A stretch of DNA of 63,879 nt, the filler included, from Octopus bimaculoides (lineage: Eukaryota): assembly GCF_001194135.2 (NCBI RefSeq). It is 6 parts of 6 records of this genome, joined end to end, with 100 filler letters (N's around TTAATTAATTAA, not from the genome) between each part and the next. Parts side by side here need not be neighbours in the genome. Positions count along the whole stretch, not along the records: positions 37,004 to 56,343 come from NC_068984.1; 5 more parts are not named here. The stretch is one strand, 5' to 3'. Of this stretch, positions 40,680 through 53,559 are shown in pieces (the first letter of the stretch is position 1; each line of letters opens with the position of its first letter). The notes under the pieces were generated by a model. That model saw nothing but the letters and a program-made list of their open reading frames with translations, was not told where the DNA came from and searched no databases. A program made the position numbers and the translations under genes.

Positions 40680-41237
40680 TAAGTGCCTCCTCAATTTCGT
40701 TTTTTGCCCTCTCCTACCATTGTTGTAACTTTTCATTAGGCAAAGCAAACCTCTTTACATCTAAATTTAATTAGAAATATAATTATTTTTAAACAAATTA
40801 CAAAATTCTTATTGCTTATTTGTACAGATCTATCTAATTTATCTGAATTTTGTTCAGTGCTTTGGGAGAATTCTTTTGTTATTATAGCTTCTATAACTAT
40901 AAAAACAAAAGTTATTTTAGTGTACTGGTTATTAACATTGTAAATATTATTAGCAAAAGAAAGACAAATATATAAAGAACTATACTAAAATATCACTATT
41001 GTCACAAGCAAAATAATCTTGTGGAAGACTATAAACAACTATGTAAATATCCTGATAGAGCAGATAATGACAAACATACAACTATAGCTTCAAGCCTTGT
41101 ATTGAAACATTTTACACAAAGTACTGTATCATAGTTGCTGAAGATGACTGTTTCTTGATGAAATAAGATATGAATCTTAATTGCCATCTATGTGGTACTA
41201 AAACTGATATGATTGACAATATTTTATATACTTGTAA

Positions 41238-41450
41238 GGTAGTGAGCTGGCAGAATCATTAGCAAAATGCTTAGTGGCATTTTGTCCATCGTTACGTTCT
41301 GCATTCAAATTCCATGAAAGTCAACTTTGCCTCTCATCCTTTCAGGGTCAGTAAAATAAGTTCCAGTTGAACACTTGGGTCGATGTAATTAGCTTATCTC
41401 CTCCCTCAGTATTTCTGGCCTTGTACCAAAATTTGAAACCAATATTTTAT
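41238..41450 (+). mobile_element. OR-like SINE (intronic)
   Basis: aaggtagtgagctggcagaatc...ttcaaattcc...ggccttgtacc. Confidence 0.75.
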
Positions 41451-41523
41451 GTGTGTTTGACATTGTCAGTATGAGGAGGGGCTTAATAAAAGTTTTGCAA
41501 ACATAAATGGGTTTTGTATATAA

Positions 41524-41762
41524 CAGTGGTTCTCAACCAGAGTCCATATGACCCGTAGGGGTTTGTATAATTTTTTTTTTTTTTGTTAAAATTTATGTGC
41601 AATAAATTGCTTATACTTCTTCAATACACTGAATATTTTAATAATTTTTTTGATGCAGTTCCTAATAATATTTAATTAAACACCAAATGGCTATGAGGTC
41701 CCATCCAAGGAAAATATGAATCAAAGGGGCCCATAGATAAAAAAAATAGTTCAGAACCATTG
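41524..41762. mobile_element. hAT (Charlie-like) MITE with 8-bp TSD
   Basis: Ends cagtggttctcaacc / agttcagaaccattg; flanks gtatataa and gtatatag (7/8 identical). Confidence 0.75.
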
Positions 41763-41779
41763 GTATATAGATTATAGTC

Positions 41780-42090
41780 TGGCAACTTCATATGCATGTT
41801 GTTGCCCTGAATCTGCCTATGTCATAATCAATTGACACTCAGTTGGTTATGACGATGAGAGTTCCAGTTGATCTGATCAATGGAACAGTCTGCTCATGTA
41901 ATTTACATGCAAGTGGCTGAGCATGTTACAGACATGCATACCCTTAACGGCTGGCCCTTTGAAATACAGATACAACTCATGTTTGCCAGATGAGCAGACT
42001 GGAGCAATGTGAAATGAAGTGTCTTGCTCAAGAACACAGCGCACTTACGATTGCAAGCCAGTTATTCTAACCACTAAGCCACGTGCCTTC
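41780..42090 (-). mobile_element. Third tRNA-derived SINE family (central-domain type), minus copy
   Basis: 41855-41980 is the reverse complement of 53140-53310; also contains gcagactggagcaatgtgaaatgaagtgtcttgctcaagaacac. Confidence 0.7.
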
Positions 42091-43743
42091 ACTGTGTCAC
42101 AATTGCTTCTTAACACTTTTATGTGGGTTTTTTTACTGAGGTAAAAAATAAAAGCTGAACATCTTGATATTGATATTATAAGTAGATATATTAGATATGA
42201 TATTGATCAATGTGTCATATCAAAGTGATAAGAATATCTGTGTAAAATAAATAATAAACAAAATTGGAGACTGAAATTCACAATCTATGCTATATGTAAA
42301 CAGCCATGACACCACTTGTTCACCAGTTGTTACAAGTAGCCTTTGTTTTATCAACAAAAATATCTGATATCCATTGAAAGAAATTATCCCAAAATACTTT
42401 TTTGCAAACATCAGTTTGAAAAGAAAATAATCTGGCTAGAAACTACGTCATTTCTGCTTTTAAATATCCTTTAGTCTGAAGTTTGAACTTGCCTGTTCAA
42501 CAATCATCAAGCATACACTAATGATTTCTAACATAAATACAAGACCCTAAATTTTGGTACTGCAATTTATTGACCTGATTTCTGCAGTAAAAGTAAGCTG
42601 GCCACAGCAGTAATTGAACTCAGAATGTTAAAAAATATAACTAAATTCTACAAGGCATTTTATCTATTACTACACCATTTCTGTCTAGCCATCACTCATG
42701 TCATCACATGTATTCATCATCATCATTTTTATGCCTACTTTCCCATGATGACATGGGTTGGATAGGGGATGATAATCCAAGCCACGTCTTGCTTAAAGTT
42801 CGTGCCCTTCTAAATGAATTGAGGAACAACACCTCGCTTACACATTTCCCATTTTGGCTTTTACAGCATGATGCCCTTCCTGTCACAAACTACAGTGTGT
42901 ACTAGCTTCCTTTTATTGTGACCCTAGAAAGGCTGTCTAGTTCCAATCAAAACAGTTAATGCAATCACCTATAACTACTCCTTAAAAAATAATAAACTTG
43001 TGTCAGATCAAAAGGAATTTACATTCACTTCATTCCTTCCTTCATTTATTGTATTGTGTAATACAATTTTTGTCCTTGAGTAGCAACTGTTATTTCCTAT
43101 TTGCTTACTCTTAGAGAGCATAAAATAGCTAATATTCCCTTCAAACTTTGCTTTTGTTACATTTATTCAAACCCCAAAGAATCCCTCTCAACACATGGCT
43201 ATGATGCTCCCCCACTACTCTTGCTCATGATTAGAGATGCACGTATTGTCAGCCACTAAGGGACATGATTAAGTGCTTAAGATTAAGTAACTGACAAGTA
43301 AATCATTGGTATTGAGCAGAATATTTGCTATAATGATATTTCTGTTTTAGCAACTCAGTGGTGAATCTGTCCAAAATGTAATGGAAAATAGGTCAGTTTC
43401 AAAACATTGATGTCCAGGTCAGAAAAACAAAGTATGAAGAGAACAGTAGTCATTTCCTTTGATTTCTAGATAGAGGCAAATAGGGAGTAACATTTACTGA
43501 CCAAAGACAAGAAAAATTTTTAATTTTGTTACAGTGTTATCATTCAAAATACATATTTAACTCTATCAATAATACAGCTTTTTCCAAAACCAACGTCATT
43601 TAGAATGCATAGAGATAGTCAAATGTTCAAATTCTTGTAGTACCTTTGCTTTCTATTTATATACAAAATATTCCATAACCAGAAAAAAGTTCTTAATATA
43701 CTAAACAGTTCTGATTTTATTGACACATACATTTATTTTACAG

Positions 43744-43798
43744 GGAGTTTGAGAAACTGCATTATGTGGAATCCAGTAAAATTGCCGTTTGGGGTTGG
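43744..43798 (+). CDS. DPP4/FAP-like dipeptidyl peptidase, exon c
   Basis: atttattttacag|G GAG TTT: EFEKLHYVESSKIAVWGW|gtaagt; ends immediately before the catalytic Ser; phase 2 to 0. Confidence 0.95.
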
Positions 43799-43922
43799 GT
43801 AAGTTATTTTTTATATCTAGAGTAAGCTTCTCTTCAAGATCTCCTACTTGCTTCTTTTGCTACTTTCTCACTTATACTTTTCTACCTCCTCATATTATAG
43901 ATATTCTGTAAAACAAAACAAA

Positions 43923-44084
43923 TTATAGATATTTTCGATCTAGTTTGGATTCTTTGCCATCAAATTTGAATTCTTTGCAATTCTTATCAAGTAATATATA
44001 CCATTTTGCATTGCAAAGAATTCAAATTGCAAAGAATTCAAATTTGATGGCAAAGAATCCAACCTAGATCAAAAACATCTATAA
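43923..44084. repeat. Intronic inverted repeat, 59-bp arms (3 mismatches)
   Basis: Arms 43923-43981 and 44026-44084 are reverse complements. Confidence 0.9.
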
Positions 44085-44382
44085 TAACATCACTTTCTAC
44101 ATTGTCTGCGTAATTTAATGCCTCAATATTTCTATGTGACCATACTTTATACTTTTTGTTTCCTTTCTTAATTGTACAAACTATCAAATAATATATACCA
44201 TTTTGCATTGGAAACTTATTGTAAAATATAACAAATGATGTAGCTAATCATTGATTGCAGTACTCTCTGATCTTATACATTCAACTGGTTATTAATGCAT
44301 CCATTTTATGTATGTATGTACGTATGTATGTATGTATGTGTGCATATCTGTCTGTTTGTTTCTCTCTCTCTCTCTAGATATA

Positions 44383-44509
44383 TATAAAGTAAGAATAAGA
44401 TAAAGAGACCAATGGCAAAGTTAGAATTATATTTTATGTATAAAGTCTTTATACATAAAATATAATTCTAACTTTGCCATTGGTCTCTTTATCTTATTCT
44501 TTCTTTATA
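44383..44509. repeat. Near-perfect palindrome, 55-bp perfect arms, 1-nt spacer
   Basis: 44391-44445 is the exact reverse complement of 44447-44501; extends 7 bp further after one mismatch. Confidence 0.95.
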
Positions 44510-44848
44510 CATACACACGCTAATACACGACCTATGTTATATTCCCCACTCATGTTGCAACTACAACAGGGGCAAAACTAGTCGGTATACAGCACTTACT
44601 CGCTATTGCCTGTATCTTTAGGGTTTGGTTGACTCCAATACCCTTCATAACCTTTATATATNNNNNNNNNNNNNNNNNNNNNNNNNNNNNNNNNNNNNNN
44701 NNNNNNNNNNNNNNNNNNNNNNNNNNNNNNNNNNNNNNNNNNNNNNNNNNNNNNNNNNNNNNNNNNNNNNNNNNNNNNNNNNNNNNNNNNNNNNNNNNNN
44801 NNNNNNNNNNNNNNNNNNNNNNNNNNNNNNNNNNNNNNNNNNNNNNNN

Positions 44849-44888
<40 letters not shown>

Positions 44889-44889
44889 G

Positions 44890-45155
44890 TGTGTGTGTGC
44901 ACACGCTGGTAACACATAAAAAGGACCCATGCCAATGACAAGTAAAAGGGACCTGTGCCAGTAGCATGTAAAAGGTACCCATAATGGTGACATGTAAAAG
45001 GCACCCACTTCACTCTTGGAATGGCTGGCATGAGGAAGGACATCCAGCTGTAGAGACTGGATCTGGTACAGCTCTCTGGATTACCAGTTCCAGTCAAACC
45101 ATCTTACCCATACCAACATGGAAAATGGGCACTAAATGATGATGATGATGATGAT
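44890..45155 (+). mobile_element. RTE-tailed SINE-like element with internal gtaaaagg(c/t)accc repeats and (GAT)n tail
   Basis: ggcatgaggaaggacatccagctgtag...cagtcaaacc...catggaaaatgggcactaaatgatgatgat; related pieces at ~39700-39840(-), 42700-42930(-), 58630-58736. Confidence 0.65.
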
Positions 45156-45437
45156 ATGTAAACACACACACGCATACATACGTAATACATACATACACAC
45201 ATGCATACATACATTGTGTGTCTGTGTGTGTGTAAATCAATGAATGAATTTCAAAAGAACAAGTGTTACACAATCACCTTCATTACCTTATGACTGTTTC
45301 TACGATCAGTAAGTATACATCCAGAGCTGGATGACAGTATGACATTATATAACTTCCTTGAAGCTATTTGAACAATATGTTTCTTGCACAAAGCATTTAA
45401 TTATATAATATAATACAATTAGATAGTTAGGTACACA

Positions 45438-45482
<45 letters not shown>

Positions 45483-45547
45483 TCAAGCAATATTGGTTCA
45501 CTCGGAGTAAAAAGAAATGGAACAAAATATAGTGAAAAGAAATTATA

Positions 45548-46440
45548 TCATTTTTTTAAGAAAAGAAGAGTTATTTCCCATGGATTGGTGTTAGCTATGG
45601 TTGAAGCATTACCCTGTATGTGTGTGTGTGTTTTATTCTTTCCTCCAGGGCATGATGTTAATAACCCACAAACATATTTTTCCTCATGCATTTTGAGTAC
45701 TGAAAGTGTAGTAGATTTAGAATATTTTCTGAGAATATGCACTTTCAAGTCTTTTTCGAAACTGTAGCCATTTGATGCAAAATGTTCAGCAAGTTCTGTC
45801 AAACTACTGTTATTTTTCCTGATATCATATCTGTACCCATTGAATTCTTTGTTTAATTGTTCTGTTGTACAACCAACATAAATCAAGTTGTGTTTTGCAC
45901 ATTCTGCTGCACACACCAAATGGGAACCTTTACATGTCTCACCTTCTCTATAAATCATAACATTTTTGTTATGATTCCTGATGGAATTCATTTGACTCAT
46001 GTTGTTGCACAATGAACAGGACTTACCTCTTTTGTGGCTGTTTTTCAAGGAACAGCATGCAGATACTCCAATGTTAGTTTTCTTGGAGTCAGAAGTAGAG
46101 GTTAATAGTTCTCTTATATTTTTATCCCATCTGAAGGCTACAATAAGTAACTGAGGAAATATTTGCTTGAAATGAGGATATTTTTCTGCAACATGCTGGT
46201 AACTTTCATGCAACACTTTTGAAATGCCAGCAAAATTTCAGTGCCAGTTAATCACTAAAGGAATTCTGTCACATATTGTGCTGTGTTTGCTAAAATTATG
46301 CATGAAGGTTTGACTTTCTTTGCTAATCTTAGCTTTGTCATTTGCTATTTCCTTTAATCGTGATTCACTGTAACCGCATTTGACATAATGGTGTACAAAA
46401 GCATTTGCCTATTTCCAGTAATCTCCTATGTCAGTACAAA
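45548..46440 (-). mobile_element. Penelope-like element GIY-YIG region (222-aa ORF)
   Basis: RGKSCSLC knuckle, TCKGSHLVCAAECAKHNLIYVGCTTEQLNKEFNGYRYDI...ELAEHF...DLKVHIL...EEKYVCGLLTSCPGGKN. Confidence 0.8.
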
Positions 46441-46471
46441 TCTGTTTTATCCTCAAAAATTAGGATTTGTC

Positions 46472-46519
<48 letters not shown>

Positions 46520-46530
46520 CATCATTATAC

Positions 46531-47152
<622 letters not shown>

Positions 47153-47272
47153 TAATTACAAAATTAGAAGTAAACATTAGTTCTTTTCTACTTGCATATT
47201 AGTTTTATGTCATTATACCATTTGCTGTGTCTATCATCTTTATCCTATACATTAATGGTGGTGGAGGTGGTG

Positions 47273-47322
<50 letters not shown>

Positions 47323-49011
47323 ACTTAATGTTGCTTTGTTTTGTATTTTAGCCCCGGGTCAACCCCACTGGAGTGAACCTATCATTAAAGGCTCTCCAGC
47401 TGTTTTAAACTGTTAATCTAGTTTAATAACAATGTCATTGTTAAGCTGATGTTTGGAATATAAATTAATATGAAATTGTGGTGAAAGGTTTTAATTTAAG
47501 TCACTTTTATCTAGGAAATTTCAGTCAGAACTAGTGGGGAGGGTCTCAAGTCAGTTGATATCAAAAAGATTGCTGAGTAAGGCAGGTTGTCTATATTTTT
47601 CCAAAGTCCTCATCTGCTCTATAGGAATATGAAAAAAAAATGGCAATTGTAATTTTCATGTTTTCTATATCATTCAACAAATACAAAATATTCAAAATAT
47701 TTGCTTATGCAACCATTGAGATTTTTTTAAAAGAAATAACATACACCATATTGGTCAGCCTGTTTATTATAAATAAAAAAAACAAGTGTCTATGCTTCTA
47801 AAAATCTGGCCTTCATTTGCAACTCTTTGACTCTTGTTTACTACAAAGTAAAGTGCCTTCCATGTGATTGCTCAGCATACAAAATGTAGAAGAAGCCACA
47901 TGTCCTTTAACTCACATCCTACTATACTGAAAAAGGAAAGAGAATAATGTGGTCATAGATATACAGAATTATAGAATGACCACAGCTGAAACACTATTGA
48001 TCATAAGTCTGCTCAATCAAGGCAGACATAGGTTAAATAATTTTTAGAGTGAACACACGAGCTGATATCTCATCAGGTGATGAAGCAGCTCTGTAGCTAT
48101 TTTGGCTTTTTCCACTGACACTAGAGCTGCCCAGAGTCACCCACTGATGTAGGCAACAAAACTCCTACACAATTGCACAAGCGTCGTTGAGTGAGATAGT
48201 GCAACTCTGGGCCAGATGCTTCTACTACTCTCAATGTTCACTCTTGCTGCATCACTCGTTCCCTCTCTTGAATAAGATGCAGTGCTTTTACATAGAAACA
48301 GTTTGCACAGTACCAGACCAGTTGAAATAGGTTGTGAAAAAAACAGTATGGTCTTAAAATGAACATTGCCAGAATTGTGTGGGTAAGAAATTCACTTCAC
48401 AACCATGTGGTTCCAGGTTTGATTCCACTTACATGGAACCTTATTCTAGTGTCATCTACAATAACTTTAGGATGACCAAACGCCTTATGTGTGGCATTTA
48501 AATGGAAACTCTGTGTGTGTGTGTGTGTTTATTTCTCTCTTTCAGTTGTATGTCATCTAGAGATGTAAACATAACTGAAAATACGATGTTTTTATATCAA
48601 AATATCTTGTGTGGTGTGTATTCCACCTGAGTTACATAGACAACCCCTTGTCACCTTCACAATAGCAAGGGAATGCAGTTACCCAGTGACTGACCCATCA
48701 AAAACCTGAAATAAACCATGCTATTATTGAGTACAAAATTGTGATATAAAATAAATAAGAGTGAAAATAATGATAATAAATCAGAACTGTTATTACCGCT
48801 AGCATTTATCTTAGGTTTCAACAATCTTCCACTTCATCAACTCTGAATATTTTTTTCTAAACTTTACAAAATATTCCTTTGCCATTTATTTTGTCTGCAA
48901 CCATACAAAACTTGGAAAATATTTTTTGGCTATACAATGAGGATTATACATATTGACACAACTCAGAACTAAATTCTGAATTGTAGTTTGCTTGAAGCAT
49001 TATAGTACCAA

Positions 49012-49392
49012 AGAAGGAAAAGAAAAGGGAAATAAGAAAGCTTCTAACAATGCAGAAAGTTTTACAAAAGCCTTTATATTTCAGGTGCAAAGGCCCATCC
49101 TCAGAAGAAAGCAGTCTGGGAAATGTTCAGTTACAACATTTTTGTTATCTTACTCAAACTCCTCGGTGTTAGGTGAGTAGCAGTGGCAGCCACTCTCCAA
49201 CAGTTGAAGAGTGGCAACCACTGCTACTAACCTAATCCTGTGGAGTTTAAGTAAGGTAATGGAATTGGTGTAACTGGACATTTCCCAGACTGCTTCCTTC
49301 GGAGGACAGGCCTTTGCACCTGAAATATAAAGGCTCTTGTAAAACTTTCTGCATTGTTAGAAGCTTTCTTATTTCCCTTTTCTTTTCCTTCT
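49012..49392. repeat. 381-nt imperfect palindrome (fold-back element) centred on 49202
   Basis: agaaggaaaagaaaagggaaataagaaagcttctaacaatgcagaaag... pairs with ...ctttctgcattgttagaagctttcttatttcccttttcttttccttct; centre caac-a-gttg. Confidence 0.92.
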
Positions 49393-49598
49393 ATAAAACA
49401 TTTTAGACAATTGCTCTACCATTTCTGCTACTCCACTTTTTTAAAATGAACAGTTGTGGTGACTGTAATAGCAACAGCAATGATGATGAAGGCAATGTTT
49501 GGTGTGGTGAAACAAGGTGCCAACATACATCAAACAAAATGTGAATATTCTTGACCTAAACTTAAAATTGCTTAATTGTGTCAATTTTTTACCTTCAG

Positions 49599-49657
49599 AT
49601 ACTGCCTACACTGAGAGATATATGGGATTTCCCAATGAGAATGTGGCTGGTTATAAA
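49599..49657 (+). CDS. DPP4/FAP-like dipeptidyl peptidase, exon e
   Basis: ttttaccttcag|AT ACT GCC: (D)TAYTERYMGFPNENVAGYK|gtaaga; YTERYMG motif; phase 1 to 0. Confidence 0.96.
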
Positions 49658-49697
49658 GTAAGAACTTTCATTTGTTTCCTATGTCTATGCATGCACG

Positions 49698-49739
<42 letters not shown>

Positions 49740-50572
49740 ATATTAAGATCTGAAAAGAAATTAGATAGACTAATCCATAGTTCACAATAACGCTATATGT
49801 ATGTATGTATGTATGTATATATATANNNNNNNNNNNNNNNNNNNNNNNNNNNNNNNNNNNNNNNNNNNNNNNNNNNNNNNNNNNNNNNNNNNNNNNNNNN
49901 NNNNNNNNNNNNNNNNNNNNNNNNNNNNNNNNNNNNNNNNNNNNNNNNNNNNNNNNNNNNNNNNNNNNNNNNNNNNNNNNNNNNNNNNNNNNNNNNNNNN
50001 NNNNNNNNNNNNNNNNNNNNNNNNNNNNNNNNNNNNNNNNNNNNNNNNNNNNNNNNNNNNNNNNNNNNNNNNNNNNNNNNNNNNNNNNNNNNNNNNNNNN
50101 NNNNNNNNNNNNNNNNNNNNNNNNNNNNNNNNNNNNNNNNNNNNNNNNNNNNNNNNNNNNNNNNNNNNNNNNNNNNNNNNNNNNNNNNNNNNNNNNNNNN
50201 NNNNNNNNNNNNNNNNNNNNNNNNNNNNNNNNNNNNNNNNNNNNNNNNNNNNNNNNNNNNNNNNNNNNNNNNNNNNNNNNNNNNNNNNNNNNNNNNNNNN
50301 NNNNNNNNNNNNNNNNNNNNNNNNNNNNNNNNNNNNNNNNNNNNNNNNNNNNNNNNNNNNNNNNNNNNNNNNNNNNNNNNNNNNNNNNNNNNNNNNNNNN
50401 NNNNNNNNNNNNNNNNNNNNNNNNNNNNNNNNNNNNNNNNNNNNNNNNNNNNNNNNNNNNNNNNNNNNNNNNNNNNNNNNNNNNNNNNNNNNNNNNNNNN
50501 NNNNNNNNNNNNNNNNNNNNNNNNNNNNNNNNNNNNNNNNNNNNNNNNNNNNNNNNNNNNNNNNNNNNNNNN

Positions 50573-51651
50573 CTTCGCCTAAAATAGTCTCCAGTTGCAA
50601 TGATGATGGTGGAGGGTATCGACTCCTTACTTGTTTTTCTAAAATGCACCATAAATGCTCAATAATATTGAGATCTGGTGACTGTGATGGTCAGATAAGA
50701 TGTTCAACTTCACTAGAATGTTCCTCGTCCTATTCAGTGACAACTTTAGCTGTGTGAATTGGTGCATTATCATCCTGAAAGATTGTGTTTCCCTCCGGAA
50801 ACAGTTGCACAACCATAGGATGAATTTGATCAGATAAAATGCTTAAATAATCCTGACTATTAATTCTGCCATGAAGGAACCATTGGGCCGGAAGATTTCC
50901 AAGATATAGTCCCCTCCCCACCATCACAGATACTCCTCCATGTTTAACAGTTGGAAGAAGGCAGTCTGGATCAAATGCTTCTTTTGGCTGTCTCCACACA
51001 TATATTTGGCCGGTGGTCAGAAATAGTGTAAAGGATGACTCGTCTGAGAAAATAACATTCTTTCACTGCTCTAGGGACCAATTCTGTAGGTTTTTACTCC
51101 ACTCTAAATGCTTTGCAACGTTTGTTTTTGAAAGTAGTGGTTTTCTGATTGTAGCTTTTCCATGACATCTGGCTTTGTGCAGCTCTCGGCAAAAAGTTTT
51201 TGTGGAAACTGGGTTCTCGAGGTGACCATTAAGCTCTGTAGTAATTTTGGGAGCTGTACTTTTGTGATCCTTTCTAATAATTCCCGTAAGAGTTCGATGG
51301 TCCCTATCTGAAAGTTTTGGTTTTCTTCCAGAATTTTCTTTCTCAAAGGCTGTCATTACTTTCGAGAGAATACCCCTTGATACACCAAACATTGCAGCTG
51401 TTTTCGTTATGCTAGCACCTGCCATACAAGCACATATCTGACTTCTTTGAAAGTCTGATAGACATGTCATTTTAATGAATTTTAATTACCTTTTTCTGGT
51501 GATGTCTGAAAAGAAACAGCAATTTTAGCAAAACATATTAAGCAACACTAATAATAAATCAAAAACATAAAAAAAAACTTTTGACAGTTTTATAGATATT
51601 TCAAAATTGTGATGCTAGGATGCTAGGTGTTTCCATTTTGTCCAACCCCTG
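50573..51651 (-). mobile_element. Tc1-like transposon (DD34E type), decayed; 3' end lost in gap
   Basis: HTH MTCLSDFQRSQI...; VIFSDESSF; PTVKHGGVSVMV; FQDDNAPIH; WPSQSPDLNIIEHLW; TIR-like caggggttggacaaaatggaaaca ending at 51651. Confidence 0.92.
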
Positions 51652-51841
51652 TGTATATACACATATTTATGTATATATATATATTTATAGATATGCATGT
51701 ATGTGTGTGTGTGNNNNNNNNNNNNNNNNNNNNNNNNNNNNNNNNNNNNNNNNNNNNNNNNNNNNNNNNNNNNNNNNNNNNNNNNNNNNNNNNNNNNNNN
51801 NNNNNNNNNNNNNNNNNNNNNATATATATATATATATATAT

Positions 51842-52434
51842 AAATAAAACCAAAGCATGTTTGGTTGGAGGGAATGCTTGAGTTTGTCCAAAAGCTTCAT
51901 AGCATGGTCTTTCCTCTTGTCCTTGATGACTTGGGATAAAAATTGGTCTTTCTCATCTTGTATGAAGAATACTGAAAGTCTTCCTGCACTGCCTAATAAA
52001 CTCAAACACACCCATGTCCCTGGTGATGGACCTGATTGACTTGGACGGACCATTGTCAATCATGGCCTGGATCTCACCAACAAATTCAGGAGTACTTTTC
52101 TTATCAGAATGACCAGAGTGAGTTTTCCAAACTGCTGTACCTTTATAATCACCATTAGACTCATCCAACTCTTTCTGAATCCTTTGCACTATCCTCAGAT
52201 TGACACCCAAACACTCTGAAATGTTCGTATTGGAGCTTCTAGTGTGAATGCCAAGCAGTACAGCATGTTGTTTCCAAATTTCTGGCAGAGTAAATTGCAC
52301 TATGGTGCTGTTGTTCTCACAGACAGTGCCCAACTGACCCTACTATACTGTGTGTAGTCAACAAAATCAAAAACAAACAATGCACATGTGCAAAATTAAA
52401 AATATAAATGGCGACAATTTACCCATCACACTCT
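51842..52434 (-). mobile_element. Tc1/mariner (DD37D/maT-like) transposase N-terminal fragment
   Basis: QHAVLLGIHTRSSNTNISECLGVNLRIVQRIQKELDE...RSDKK-like...QAMIDNGPSKSIRSITRDMGV...KRKDHAMKLLDKLKHSLQPNMLWF; truncated by (TA)n and a gap before the first catalytic D. Confidence 0.7.
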
Positions 52435-52574
52435 ATATATATTTGTATATGTGTATATATACACACACACACACACACAAAATCATGCTATCTCTTCTGA
52501 AAATAATGTTTTGTTTTGTTTTTTTTTGCTGGAAGATGAGTAATGTCAATGATGTTATTTTTATTCTCTTCTAG

Positions 52575-52647
52575 GCTGCTAAGATAGTTCCATTGGCTCA
52601 TAATTTCCAAAAATCTAATTTCCTCCTTGTGCATGGGACTGCTGATG
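52575..52647 (+). CDS. DPP4/FAP-like dipeptidyl peptidase, exon f (catalytic Asp)
   Basis: ttctcttctag|GCT GCT: AAKIVPLAHNFQKSNFLLVHGTAD(D)|gtatgt; phase 0 to 1. Confidence 0.95.
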
Positions 52648-52944
52648 GTATGTATTATTTGCTTTAAATAAATAATAAATAGCTTGACTGTTTGATTTAG
52701 GGATGTGATTATTCATTTATTGAACAGTTAGAATTATGATTGATCCATTGATTTACTGTATTACTGAAGTTGGTGTATCACATTAACATTAATTGGTTGG
52801 TTGTTACTGCTGTTGTTGTTGTTGAAATCCAAGTCAGCCCTAATTAACCATTTTGATGCCAGAGATTAAATCTGACACAAATTCACTGTTTTAAAGTGCT
52901 CTAAATGAAAACCTTGTCTCGGAATTTTACTTTAGTATGTATTG

Positions 52945-53330
52945 TGGAGGCGCAATGGCCCAGTGGTTAGGGCAGCGGACTCGCTGTCATAGGATCGTGG
53001 TTTCAATTCCCAGACCGGGCGTTGTGAGTGTTTATTGAGCAAAAACACCTAAAGCTCCATGAGGCTCTGGCAGGAGATGGTGGCGAACCCTGCTGTACTC
53101 TTCCACCACAACTTTCTCTCACTCTTACTTCCTGTTTCTGTTGTACCTGTATTTCAAAGGGCCAGCCTTGTCACACTGTGTCATGTTGAATATCCCTGAG
53201 AATTACGTTAAGGGTACACGTGTCTGTGGAGTGCTCAGCCACTTGCACATTAATTTCATGAGCAGGCTGTTCCATTGATCGGATCAACTGGAACTCTCAA
53301 CATCGTAAGCAACGGAGTGTCAACAATTGT
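52945..53330 (+). mobile_element. Third tRNA-derived SINE family, near full length
   Basis: ggaggcgcaatggcccagtggttaggg (A box) ... ggtttcaattccc (B box) followed by ~330 nt of non-tRNA body. Confidence 0.8.
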
Positions 53331-53559
53331 GCACAGTGGCTTTAATAAGTTTTCATTATTAAAAAATTTTTTTTTTTTTAGTATTTTCAAAATTAATTGT
53401 AATAAAAGCAGTGTATTTCAAGAGAAATATGGTAAGAAAAGGGATATCAGAGCTATAATCAAAAGCATTCCCTAAATCCTGTCATGAACGTCTCGTCATA
53501 AGTAGTATATCCCTATTTATATCATCCAAAGTATCATTTCTGATGTGAGACATGAGGAT

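Noticed and set aside
52945-53020. tRNA gene (also heads at 9174, 9680, 24303, 46531)
   Set aside because: A and B boxes are present, but no complete cloverleaf or poly-T terminator; each continues into a repeated SINE body.
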